A stretch of DNA of 64,000 nt from Neodothiora populina (lineage: Eukaryota), in assembly GCF_041146345.1 (NCBI RefSeq), contig NW_027191410.1, forward strand, positions 992,001-1,056,000, written 5' to 3'. The notes under the pieces are model-generated. The model ran no database searches. It was not told the origin of the DNA and saw only the letters and a program-made list of their open reading frames with translations. The first letter of the stretch is position 1. Every line of letters begins with the position of its first letter. Positions 1 to 11,853 of this stretch are shown here, piece by piece. The translations under genes were made by a program, and so were the position numbers.

Positions 1-187
1 CTTCGGCGGCTGCGTCAGCGTGATGTGCGTGTTGTGCTTGGTGGCGTAGACGTGTATGCGATGGGGCTGGACGTGTGCGGAGCGTTGTAGAGGGCTGGCA
101 GGGTAGATCGGGGGAGGGCCAGAGGAGGAGGTGGTGCGCCCGGGGTTTATGAGCGATGAGATATCGAGGGAGCTCATTGGCGACGAC

Positions 188-221
<34 letters not shown>

Positions 222-441
222 TCGAGGCCGAAGTTGTTGAAGGCGAAGAACTGGACGCTGACGATGACGACGACGGTGTGTTCCTCAGATAACGCATTGC
301 GGCATCGTCGCCTGCTGCCTGGTTGGTCGACGAGGAAGATATCGAGCGGACTGCGGCGGCGGTCGTGGTGGGCAATTGTGATGTTTTTGAGCCGAGCGTC
401 CGTCTGCACGAACGGCAGACGAAGGATGTGAGCGCATTCAT
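1..441 (-). CDS. MRPS18: Mitochondrial small-subunit ribosomal protein uS11m (yeast Mrps18-like), 5' part; runs off the window start
   Basis: Manual translation from the ATG at 441 (context gccgccATG) gives MNALTSFVCRSCRRTLGSK (presequence-like), a poly-Ser tract, then HRIHVYATKHNTHITLTQPPK, matching the uS11 N-terminal strand motif of fungal mitochondrial S11. It is absent from the ORF track because it has no stop inside the window. Confidence 0.8.
188..220. repeat. (GAT)11 microsatellite encoding poly-Ser (TCA codons) in uS11m on the minus strand
   Basis: Direct reading of the sequence. Confidence 0.95.
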
Positions 442-1032
442 GGCGGCGTCGATCGAGAGGCGGGTGGCGGGGTGTGTGTGAGTGAATCGATGTTGCTGTA
501 GAGTTGGCGAAAGCAGAAAGTTAACATGTCGAAGCACAGAAAGGCTTTGTGCACACAAGAAGTTGTGCACAGGATTATGCACGCGCCAAGCATAATATAC
601 TTGTATGGTCATCCTGGAAGGAAAGAAGGCTCGAAAGAAACAGAAAGACGAGTGGACCCTTGACATACTCGACCCGATTTGCGGCGCTTTCTTTTGGTAA
701 TCCATCTGCGATTGTCTTGTTCATATAGTAATTGCTGAAAGACTCTGTACTTGTCCGGACGTCTATCTTGTTGAAACTGAAACAGGGTGGAGCAAAAGAC
801 TGCCTAGGTATCTTATCCATATTGTAGTCTTCACTGCTCTGTACCTTATTCTGAGTTGCGGCACGCGGCTACCTCCATCCCCGGTCGGTCACTGTATTAC
901 AATATAATTCTGTCGGCTTCGAAGCTTGCCACAAGTCATCCCGTTCATCTTCATTAATTCACCTATTTTCCACGACACTTTCGCCGCTCGCTCTCGCGCG
1001 GAATATCCAATCATACTTTACAGAGGACTGCC

Positions 1033-2825
1033 ATGAGTGCTCTGGGCAGGAAAGCGCTCACGCTGGGGGTGGCCTCCAAGGTCGTTCCTTCCTCCAACTT
1101 ATTATCTACAAATGGCCGAACGGTGGCATATCGCCGGATATCTTCTCCTGCTCTACTAAATAATGCCCAACACTACCACAACTCATCCGCCTCTGCGGCG
1201 CGCCAATACAGCTCTTCTCTGACACCTTTGGGCCCTTCGGCGCTTCGCTCCCGATTTTTGCCTTCGACCATGTCCACGTCGATCCAGACAAGAAATGTCT
1301 CTTTCAAAGAAATGCAGAAGGAGCGACAGCGCCAAAGAGCCGGCCAGGCCGCCGCTGCCCCGAAAGAAGCCAAAGCCGCGCCCAAGTCTGAGCCTGAGGC
1401 CAAGGACGAGTCTGCCAAAGCCGCGCCCAAGTCTGAGGAGAAGGAATTTGATGCTGCAGAGGAGGCCTACCGTCGAGCAAGAGAAGAGGACGGCTTTGGT
1501 CAGAAGAAGGCAGAGCCAGAACCTGAGGAGAGCACAGGAGACAAAACCGAGGACCAGACAAAAGAAAAGAAGGCAGCGCCTCCACCACCAAAGCACGGTA
1601 ACAAGACTCCTTGGCAGGTCTTCACCGAGACTCTGCAGACGGAATTCAAGGCCTCCAAGGAGTGGAACGAGAGCCAACAACAACTCCAAGGCAGTCTTCA
1701 CGATTTCCAGCAGAACCCCAATGTGCAAAAGGCCAAGTCCGCCTACTCCAAGGCCACGGACGCCGCAACCTCTACCACCACCGCCGCTCTCAAGTCCACT
1801 GCCGGTGCCATTGGATCAGGCGCTGCCTGGACCTGGGACACCAGCGTCGTCAAGGGTCTGCGCAAGAGTGCCACTGTCGTGGGTTCTGGCCTGGAGAAGG
1901 CCACTAGACCCGTGCGTCAGACCGAGGCATACAAGAATGTCAAGGAAGTCATTGACGACGGAAGCTCGAGCCGCTACGGAGGATGGGTTGAGAAGGAGGA
2001 GCGACGCAAGAGGAGAGAAGCCAAGGAAGCAGAGGAGGCGGCCAGGAACGGTGGAAGACGTCCGTCCGAGCCAATGGTCGAAGATCCAGAGTTCGTATTT
2101 TCCCTTTTCACATCTTCGAATCCTTGAAATTGACCCTTTTCCCCACCAGGGCTGGTGTGAACATCACTCTCCACAAGGATGCCAAGTGGAAAGAGTCATG
2201 GCGCGACTTCCGCGATAGCAGCAAGACCATGCAACGTCTCTTTTCCATCAAGAGCGCATACGCCGAGTCCGAGAATCCTCTTGTCAGCACCGCTCGCAGC
2301 ATCTCCGACAAAATCGCCGGCTTCTTTGCCGAGAACGAGACTGCCATGGTCATCAAGAAGTTCCGCGAGATGGATCCCGCTTTCCAGGTCGAGCCTTTCC
2401 TCCAGGAGATGCGTGAGTACATCTTGCCTGAGGTGCTAGATGCCTACGTCAAGGGTGATGTCGAAACCCTGAAGCTATGGCTCAGCGCAGCACAATACCA
2501 GGTCTACGCTGCTCTCATGCAACAATACACACAGCACGGTCTCAAGTCTGATGGCCGCATCCTCGATATTCGAAACGTCGATATCCTCAACGCTCGTCTG
2601 CTCGAACCTGGCGACATTCCCGTCTTTGTCATCATGTGCCGCACTCAGGAGGTCCACGTCTACAGGAACAAGAAGACTGGTGAATTGGCCTCTGGCATGG
2701 AAGACAAGGTTCAACAAGTCACATATGCTATTGGAGTCACTCGACTACCCGAGGATGTCAGCAACCCCGAAACCAGAGGTTGGAGACTCATCGAACTCCA
2801 GAAGAGCGGAAGAGATTACATTTGA
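1033..2825 (+). CDS. TIM44: Mitochondrial import inner membrane translocase subunit Tim44
   Basis: Two ORFs joined by intron 2091-2149 (GTTCGT...CAG). Presequence-like N-terminus, YGGW..KEERR motif, and C-terminal Tim44 domain (FAENETAMVIKKFREMDP.F....F...MREYILPEVLDAYVKGD...WRLIE). Confidence 0.95.
1369..1437 (+). repeat. Perfect 24-nt direct repeat (gccaaagccgcgcccaagtctgag; AKAAPKSE twice) in the Tim44 disordered linker
   Basis: Copies at 1369-1392 and 1414-1437. Confidence 0.9.
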
Positions 2826-3962
2826 GCAGGCATCTTCGCATTGGTTCGTTTGGGGGTGGTCCTTCACTCCCATCTCCCTTCCTGTTGCATTACAGTCAGC
2901 TCAGCTACTGGACCGCTTCGGACCATGTCCGCGATGGCAACCTTCGATCACGGTCTCAGATTAAGGTCGTTGTAGCTGGCAGCACTCTCGCAACTCTTGT
3001 TTCTTTGAACGATGGCATTCGTCCATGACTTTATTTCCGAGGGTCATCTCATTGTATATTTCCATCAAACGTTATCGTTCTTATTGTCGCTTTTGAGCGG
3101 GTAGATCGGAAGGCTAAAAAAGCTGTTCTTAGGGGCTATCAATCTTCTGCATATCGGGGCAAAAAAAAAGCGTTTCTGTGGCGGGCAAGAGCCTTTGGGT
3201 TCATCCGGTGGCTTCGAACCGGTTTCCTTTTCTCTCTCAACTCATGTACAGTAGTAAGCAAAACGACCCATCACGTCTGCAAAGTAGGATAAGCATATAT
3301 CTTTGTCACTTGGCTGTCCTTTTGAGCAGATGGTGGTATAAACAATCGTGTCTTAGTATTACTCTTCTATCCGTGCTCGAGTCAATGCCACGAACCTATC
3401 CAGCTATATCTTCGTCTTGAGCTTTCTTATGAGGATCTCTTGGGCAGTGTAGGCAACCTGGGGTGGCTCCTCCACAATAAGGATAGAAACGACCCAAAGT
3501 AATGTGTTAAAAACTTTCTCCCCCACCCACTATGATTGACGGAGCTCTTGAGCGAATGGCGTCTACCTACTCTGTCGAGAGGTTGAAAGTCGCAATTGCC
3601 ATTCGCGCTCTTTACCCCCGCTTGTCTCACCTTACTCGTCCATCGAACCACAGTCTAATACCTGTGGACCTTTGTGGAATAGTGATGGCAAGGTAAGGTA
3701 ACATCGAGTAAGAACGACAGATTGTGGCGGGCACCTCTGTGACGTCACAGGTCGCGTGGCTACTGTACCGACCACCTTATCAAGGTCGAAGGTAAATAAT
3801 CCGTCTGCCTACACCTAGATTACCTACTCGCGATTTCTCAAACGGTTCTTCCTTCCAAGTATAAAAAACACCATACATTTTGTACTGTTACCTTCACTCT
3901 AAGTAGCAAAGCCTTCCACTCTGACAACAAAAAAGCAAGCACCGAACAGCAAAAACGAAACC

Positions 3963-4352
3963 ATGCCTCTCGTAGTCCCCGGTCTCCAGTCCAACGACGG
4001 CGGCAAGACGAACAAGTGGATGAACGAGCTCATGGGAAAGAAGATTGGTGACTCGAGCGACCAAGTCGTATGTGTTTCTTGTCTTTCACTTCTTGTTCTG
4101 GAAACGGTAATGATTGATATCCCCAGCAGACTTTCGCAAAGAAGGATCTCCCCGAGCAACACCGTATCGTCAAGGAGGGAGACATGATGAGCATGGATCA
4201 TAAGCCTGATAGGTATGTTTCTCTCTTTCTATTATGTTTTGCTTTGCTATGTTTATTGGTCTTTGGATGAGTAGATGGGTGACTGACGAGCATATAGACT
4301 CAACATCCACGTTGGCGATGATGGCACTGTCCGTAATATCACTCACGGATAA
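3963..4352 (+). CDS. Small peptidase inhibitor I78-family protein
   Basis: Three exons (GTATGT donors at about 4068 and 4213) give MPLVVPGLQSNDGGKTNKWMNELMGKKIGDSSDQVTFAKKDLPEQHRIVKEGDMMSMDHKPDRLNIHVGDDGTVRNITHG, with the I78 signature R.......TMD....RLN...D..G.V.....G. Confidence 0.85.
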
Positions 4353-4858
4353 ACGAAGCATGGACGAATAATGAATGATGGTACTATTCCCGTAGACACG
4401 ACCTTATGGGTTGGTATAATAAATTGTCCATGATTGACGATGATACATGCACGGATTACATTGTGTGGATTTTGTATACGCATGAACGTGCGGCACCAGC
4501 TCGCGAAGAGTTTGTTTGTATAGACACGACGGATGTGATATCATTATTTACTAGTAGACATGCATTCACATGAATAGTGTCCGCGATACATGCATGCAGT
4601 TGCAGTCTGTAATCCATACCTAACGATAGCAATAATGATGGAAAGTTATCCCTCAATTACATACAACAACCACCCCCGCACCCCACCCCACCATTAGACA
4701 GACTGTCCCAGCTCATTTGAGAATAATGCACTATATGCAGCACGTCGATATATGAATCATCCGAAACATACATGAGCAATACCCTGCGTCTCGTGTAGTC
4801 TTTCCCCAACCAAGCCGCGCGAGTTCACCAAAGGTGAAGGGAAAAAAAGGAGTCAAGT

Positions 4859-5746
4859 ATGCGCCTCCCCAGTCTTGGACCCAGAACAATCAATCTATTA
4901 TCTCCATCTCTACCATCTACCAATACCCGTGCCGCTACAGCTGCATCATTCCGTCTCTCCAGAGCTAGACCTAGCATCTCAACTGCTCCCCGAAAGCTAT
5001 ACCTCCGAACAATGTCAACATCAACAGCAGCAGCGACCTCTCAACCCCTCGAAATCCAGCCCTCGGAAGGCGAAAACAGAGTGCACCTCGAAAACGCCGT
5101 GGCGCAGCTGATTCCAAAGAAGCAGAGTGATGCAGCAGTAGATGGAGAAAAGGCAGCAGCAGCAGCAGCAGCAGCAGAGGGAGGAGAAGGAGGAGAGGCT
5201 GGGGCAGCTAGTTGGGAACTAGTGGATGAGGGAAGAGGTCTGCAGAGGACGTTTCGGTTCCGGACTTTTGGGGCGACTTGGGTATGTTCTGTCCTTCCTT
5301 TCCTTTCCTTTTCTCTTATCCTGCCTCTTGTTGTTTCTGTCAGGGGTGCTAGTTTTCCTTTTGTGTTTCTTGTCTTTGGACGTTGTCGTGCCATTCGAGA
5401 CGATGTTCGTCGCTGGCTCGCGAGGGTATTGTGTCTGGTCTATCTACCTCATCTGTCAAAGCACGGAGCGGGACTCAATGGTCAAGTACCATATATGCAG
5501 CTACTTATCACTCCCCCAACCACTCTTCCACAAACCGCGAGGACACTAACATGCCGGAAAAAGGACTTCATGACCCAAATAGCAACGCAATGCAAAAAGA
5601 CGCGCCACCACCCCGAATGGAGCAATGTGTACAACAAAACCACCATCAAGTGGACCACGCATCGACCGCTCGGGCTCTCGTCCAAGGATACCGAGATGGC
5701 GCGGTTTTGTGATGAAGTTGCGAGGGAGAGGGGGGAGGTTTTTTGA
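4859..5746 (+). CDS. Pterin-4-alpha-carbinolamine dehydratase with mitochondrial-type presequence
   Basis: W.L....GL.RTFRF.TF..TW|DFM..IA.......HHPEWSNVYN.T.I.WTTH...GLS.KD..MA.FCD, the PCD HHPEW/WTTH motifs. Intron 5282-5563. Confidence 0.9.
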   Translation: MRLPSLGPRTINLLSPSLPSTNTRAATAASFRLSRARPSISTAPRKLYLRTMSTSTAAATSQPLEIQPSEGENRVHLENAVAQLIPKKQSDAAVDGEKAAAAAAAAEGGEGGEAGAASWELVDEGRGLQRTFRFRTFGATWVCSVLPFLSFSLILPLVVSVRGASFPFVFLVFGRCRAIRDDVRRWLARVLCLVYLPHLSKHGAGLNGQVPYMQLLITPPTTLPQTARTLTCRKKDFMTQIATQCKKTRHHPEWSNVYNKTTIKWTTHRPLGLSSKDTEMARFCDEVARERGEVF

Positions 5747-6124
5747 TGATGTGGGATTCTTTTGGCTGTGTGTACTTGGGTATGCGCGGTGTGTGTGGTG
5801 CTTGTGTGATGCACGGTTGCTTGGGGTTTGAGTATAGTTTTGGACATGGCTGCTTATGATGATAAAGGGAATATGCGCACAAGTACTATATACGTGCAAT
5901 CTGAAAGCTAGAAAACGCAAGAACGGAGTATGAAAAGAAAGCAATGCCGCATGTTCTTTTTCTCTTCATCTAAGAATACACAACCACGACTTCAAGAAGT
6001 AGAACAAGCCTAGAAGAGAGAAAAGGGCATCCAAGTCTTCATTTCCTCGTTCCCAGCACAGTAAAGATCTCGAAGATAAAGTCCGTATTCCCATGACGTC
6101 CAAGGATCAAAATGAAATGATGTT

Positions 6125-7666
6125 TCAAAAAGGACTATCCGGCTCAAGGCTATCAGATCGAGCTCCCCTCTTGCCACTCGTCCCAGCATCATCATCATCG
6201 CAATGACCTCCCTTGCTCTGTAGGTCCCCTTCACTTTCATCTTCGGCACTCGAGGCGGTTGCCACAATGACATATTCGTCGTCATCATCTCTCCTGATCA
6301 CATCTCGTGCTTCTGCCGTCCAAAAAGCACCAGAGACGTAAACCTTGCAATTTTCGGGTACACAATATTGCAGAAGTCTCAAAAAACGATGACACAGGTC
6401 TTGGAACAGGAAAGAGTGCATGTATACATCCAGAGGCTCAAGGAGATGAAGACGCCGAAGATTTGGAAGTCTAAGAAGCGCGTCGCGGAGACTAGAGAGG
6501 TCATCTGCGTAGAGTGCCCAGAGACGCGGTGTGGTCTCACTATCTTGCCCTTGTGATGACTGGTCTGGTCGATGTTCAGCAGAAGGGGCAAGAGTACCAG
6601 AACTCGGGTTCATGGATGAAGTGTAGATGAGTTCTGTCATGTACACGTCGGTGAGGCGAAGAGACACGTCTTCGACGTCGAGGTAGTCATGAGTTGAAGA
6701 GAGCGATAGCCAGCTACAGAGATGTCCTTGGGACTCAAAGATATATGATCCCTTGGTGGGATGGTGCTCTGTTGTTCTAGGCTTCCAGGACTCTTGGGGG
6801 TGTTCGGCGCCTGAAGACTCGCCTGATGATTGACTCTGTCGCATCCCAGCATCAATGATGTGATGAGATAGTGGAAGAGGAGATCCTATCGGTTGTCGCT
6901 TCACAGACATCCCGATATTATTGAAGATGCAGAATGTAGGCGATATAGAGGAAAATGGAAAAGATTTTGTGATCATGGAAGTCCAACACAATCTGAGTGA
7001 AACGAAGGGATATATATCATGCTGTTCTTGACTTACCACGTTCCAGCAGATCCATCACTGAAAGTCTCACTCTTCACGCGAGAAGTCACCCCTGGTCACA
7101 ATCTTCATGGCTGGATACCCATCCCGAAATCTCAACCAAGTCGTCTGAGACTGGAGGCGCATGCAACGGACAAGCGTTCCCCTCAAGATTACCCAAAAAC
7201 ATGCATCTTCTTTATCTTTTCAAGCGGCGCACATAGCTGTGTCAAAATTGGAATATGTGGCAACTGGAGACTGGAGACAAGCCAAGCAGCATCCAGCGAC
7301 GATGTTACGCCCACTTCCCGATTCTCGTTGCTTGAGCCGTAGTAGATCAGGTGAGGCACAAGAAAGGCACGAGCATATGCTTTCTTGTGCCGTGCGCATA
7401 TGCTTCGTCAAGGAACCTCTGTCCAGGGATAGGTTTTGAGCATACTTTTCAAGATCTACTTTGCTAAATGTCCAAACCCTTGACAATGTACTGAGCCATA
7501 ATGCGCGGTAATCTTCGGCGAGGTGCTCGAGAAGGCGTGACGGTGTTCCGACGAACCCTGTAATAGTTGCTTCGGACATATCTTTGTTGATGGCAAGGTG
7601 ATGCGTGACCAGGATGGTAAGAGATCTGAAACCGGTGTTGACAATGGGAGTCCATCGGCTTCCCAA
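6125..7666 (-). CDS. Hypothetical lineage-specific protein, possibly degenerate; exon structure unresolved
   Basis: 304-aa ORF whose C-terminal half (LSSLRDALLRLPNLRRLHLLEP...) looks like real coding sequence with one LRR/RNI-like segment. Upstream ORF fragments and splice-like signals extend to about 8.0-8.5 kb but cannot be joined confidently. Confidence 0.35.
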
Positions 7667-8943
7667 AACAGACGGGCTTTGGAGCTACGAATAGCTTTGC
7701 AAATAGGCATCTCGATATGTGGAGACCTTTTCTGTCAGCACAAAGACACGAAACCACTCTGACATAGTAAGCAACAGAGGTGCAAGGACCTGCCCATGGC
7801 TGCATGATGAGCTACAATGCATGATCATCGCAGCAGCAACCCTGTGATCTGCCGTCTGAAGACACGGGGCATCAGACTTGACTTTCTTCACATTCCTCCA
7901 ATGGCGTGACGTACGTAGAGACAAGCATAAGCGAAGCCATCAGGAGATGTCAGCAACTTCGTAGCATTCGTAGGGAAGATGATCTTCGATTGGTAGCCAC
8001 TGTTCACCAGTCATAGGAACGCCTGATGTCGGAGAGATACGTACTGAGACTCATTAAGACAAATGCACCACAAAACGAGGGAGCAGGGATGTGACACGCG
8101 ACAACGCGGACATGATCGGTTCTTGTATGTGTAAGTAGCTACACTTCGTGGCACCGACCAATACGATACGTGGGTTTGTGACGACCCTATTGCACGTTTT
8201 CACTTGAAACATGGACCGTGGCTTGAAAACATGTGACGGAACGATCGTAGGGCATGCATGGCATGGCTCTTTTGTCCGTCAGAGAGGATGTCCCGATGTT
8301 GATGGCGAACCTGAAGCGTGAGTTCTAGGCCTTTGCATCTGTCGGACTTGAGCAGCAGTGAATAAGAATCCCTACCAGCCGGATCGTAGTTGAGGATGAG
8401 CACGATGCGTCCAACGTTCTCCGCCGGTTCGTACTGCTTGATAGAGGATTGACGCATGGAATATGTGACTGCCTCGGACATGGGCGTAGTTGGATCTGAG
8501 GAACTAAGAGCGGACGATATTTCATGTGGACGTCGACATCGAAAGATCACCGCTAATGAGACGGAGATCTACGCGTGCCTTTTGTTTTCGTGCAGGCAAA
8601 CAGCCACACTTTAGCAATACAAGGGGTGGCGCGTGGTCCAAGTCGCAACAGTCAGAACATGACAAAATAAAACACAACACGGAACTCTCCTGCAAACAGT
8701 GCTGGAAAGTGAGAAGAGAAGAAAATGCCCAAGAACCACGCTATGCTTTGCGCACTGTTTACGAAGTCACCTCTCGGGAGCCTGGCCCAACGTGGACCAC
8801 AGGGAAATGCTCAAAAGAAGTTTGATATCGGTACAAATGACGCCCCTTTCCATTCCGCGCAAAAAGTTCGACGCCTCGTATCTCCACTCTCCTACACAGC
8901 TTCATCCATCTCTCTTTGCCTCTTTACCTAGACATACAAATGC

Positions 8944-10486
8944 TTAAAGTCGCAGGAGCTTGGCAGCATAGTCGGCAATGAGCGGCTCGGTGGGGAAACT
9001 CATCTCCTCAAGCTTGGCGGCGTAAGGAGTGGGCACCTCAGCACCGGTGACTCGGACAGGGGGAGCTTGGAGGTAGTCGAAGGCGTACTCGGAGGTGAGG
9101 GCGATGATCTCGGCACCGACACCGAAGCTGGGGTATCCGGACTCGACGGACATGAGGTGGCCGGTCTTCTTGACCGACTTGATGATGGTCTCAACATCCA
9201 GGGGCTTGATGGAACGAAGGTTGATGACCTCGGCCTCGACTCCGTACTTGGACTTGAGCATCTCGGCGGCGGTAAGTGATTGACCGACGCAGCGGGAGAG
9301 GGTGACAATGGTGAGGTCCTTGCCAGGGCGCTCGATCTTGGCCTTGCCGAACTGTGCACAGGATTTGTTAGTAATGGCTCGTGACAAGGAAGCAAGGAAG
9401 AGTGGTGACGTACGGGAATGACAAAGTCATCCTTCTGTGCCTCCTCGCTCATGGGGAAAGAGAGACCGTAGAGGAGCCTGATGGTAATCAGTATAGGTTC
9501 TTGACGTGCTCGTCTTTCTGCAAAACATACTCGTTCTCGAGAACACAGACGGGGTTGGGGTCTCTGATGGCGGCCTTGAGAAGACCCTTGGCGTCCTCGG
9601 CGCTGTAAGGAGCGACGACCTTGAGTCCGGGAATGCTGCCGTACCAGGCAGAGTAGTCCTGGGAGTGCTGGGCACCGACACCAGCGGCGAAACCGTTGGG
9701 ACCGCGGAAGGTGATGTTGCAGGGCTGGGTACCACCGGACATGTAGTGGGTCTTTGCGGCCGAATTGATGATCTGATCAATGGCTTGCATGGCGAAGTTG
9801 AAGGTCATGAACTCGCACTGTCACGACTTGTCAGATCTGTGTTTCTTTTGCTTTTCTCGGCAGAGCGCGCTCTCGCATGTGGGCTGAAGAGGCTCGGTGA
9901 TGCTTACCACAGGGTGGAGTCCAGCGAGGGCAGCACCGACCATGAGACCGGCGAAACCGGACTCGGTGATGGGAGAGTCAATAACTCTCTTCTCGCCGAA
10001 GCGGTCGAGAAGTCCCTTGGTGACCTTGTATCTGTGTTGGGAGTGGTCAGTGACGTCGCTCGGCGTAGTTGCAGCACAGCTCTTTCGCCCAGATGGGCAT
10101 CTCCGCAGGGGCGCGGCATCGGTGTACATTGCCTCTGTAAACAAGACAAGGCCAATGCATGCAGTGCAGTGCAGCGACGAGACAAGGCTAATGTACGGAG
10201 CTCTCATGCGAATGTCTGGCGAAACAAGAAAAAGGCGGGCGGCGAGGACTCACGCTCCGTTGTACTGGGCGACCTCCTCACCCAAGATGAAGACCTTGTC
10301 GTTCTGCTCCATCTCTTCAGCCATGGCCTGGTTCAGGGCGTCTCTGACGGTCATCTCCTTGACTCCGCTCTGGGCGGCGTAGTTCCTCCATGCCGATGCT
10401 CTCTGGAAAGATGGGCGGATAACGGAAGAGGCGCGGGGAGCAGAGAGAAGGCGCGAGGCCGGTCGGACAAGTCTGGAGGCCACCAT
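8944..10486 (-). CDS. PDB1: Pyruvate dehydrogenase E1 component beta subunit
   Basis: [11 protein letters not shown] presequence, [82 protein letters not shown]. Multi-exon. Confidence 0.97.
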
Positions 10487-11853
10487 TGTAGATGCGACAA
10501 GAGGTGCTTGTGTGTGGAGAGAGGGAGGGACGGAGGAGGAGGGAAAGGGTGGTTGAGATGGTAAGCAAAGCTGTAGCACGACAAAGCTGGCGAACCTCAC
10601 AACTAAAGTTAGACTGGATCAGCTCAACAGAGAGAAAGTGCAATAAAGTGCAGCGGAAGCCGAAGGTCCGCCTCGACCTCTCTCTTTGCAGTTTCTCCAA
10701 AAGCCCTTTGCCTGCCGCCTGCCTGCCGCCTGCCTCGCCGCTTTTGCGTTCTTTCCCCCAAAATGTCCGACCCGTGCTTGGCACTTCCGGCCCGATAATG
10801 TCCTCGATACACTCAACCCCCGCCCGATTAATCATGGTCGGACTTCCAATTGTGATGTCCTGCCGGATGGTGAGGGCAGCGACTTGTCCATGACTTACCA
10901 TCTACCTTATTGTTCTATACCGGTGGTGCCGTGTCTGTGTCAAACAAGGCAAGACATGATCAAGTGGAATAATCTGGATGCACTATTATCATCCAAACAT
11001 CCTTCATCTTGCCAATGATCTCTACGCCTTGCTTGGTTGCTTGATGCGATATAGTATCTGTTTTATACGGATGCTCTGCTCCATGACTAAGGTAGACATA
11101 AGTATTCTTGTACAGCACCACTGGTCAGATTTACTCGAAGCAGCTGTCCAAAGCGATAAATAAGGTAGCGTCGCTGCACACCCTTCAGAACGCGTGTACT
11201 TGTAGTAAGGTAGCTGCAACACATGCGGACTTAGAGTGCAAATAAAGTGCTTCAGCACTGCTAGCGGGACATGTCGCGAACCTGCTGCGGCCTAAGGCGG
11301 GTCAGCTCCAGTGCAATGGTTCACCCACCACGGCCCGGACTACAATCATTACATTATGCAACCGCGAAGACCCATGAAGCGATAAGTGTATCAGAACAAC
11401 GAGTGACCATGACAAAGTGTTGAGAAGTGATGCATGCGACTGGCACAAAGTACGTCCAGGGTCATTGAACCCTTGAATTATGCATCGTGCTGAGCAAATT
11501 GATACCCGCGTCTTTCGCCAATCGTGGTTACGATAAGGTGAAGATTGAAAATCATCCCCTGTGTTCTGGGCCACTCCTTGTCACGGTCACGAGGAAACAC
11601 GATATTCTTTTCATCACATCCTCTCAAGCAAGCCGAACATCAGCACACTGATGGCTCAAGCGCAACTTCTACTTGACCCTTGAGGTTGTCGCTGAACTGA
11701 GACCCTTCAAATGAGCTTGGATGGGCGCTCTGAGTATGCAAGAAAGCTCATTGCTACGCATATCTAATTATAAGATCTCTGCTAGAGCATATGCTTGTAG
11801 ATTCCGAAATCACAGGATTGCCTTTATTGCTTCAAGAGGCATGTTTCCAAATT

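Noticed and set aside
156..431. Poly-Met ORF on the plus strand
   Set aside because: Antisense reading of the (TCA)n poly-Ser tract of uS11m.
10032..10253. TPP riboswitch in the PDB1 intron (GCATGAG...GCGAAAG resemblance)
   Set aside because: The invariant CUGAGA and UGAU...GAUAAU core elements are absent. Kept only as a generic structured-intron finding.
9506..10564. 352-aa plus-strand ORF, and similar long antisense/alternate-frame ORFs over TIM44, SYF1, FIG4 and EXO84
   Set aside because: Shadow ORFs expected from GC3-biased codon usage; no recognisable motifs.
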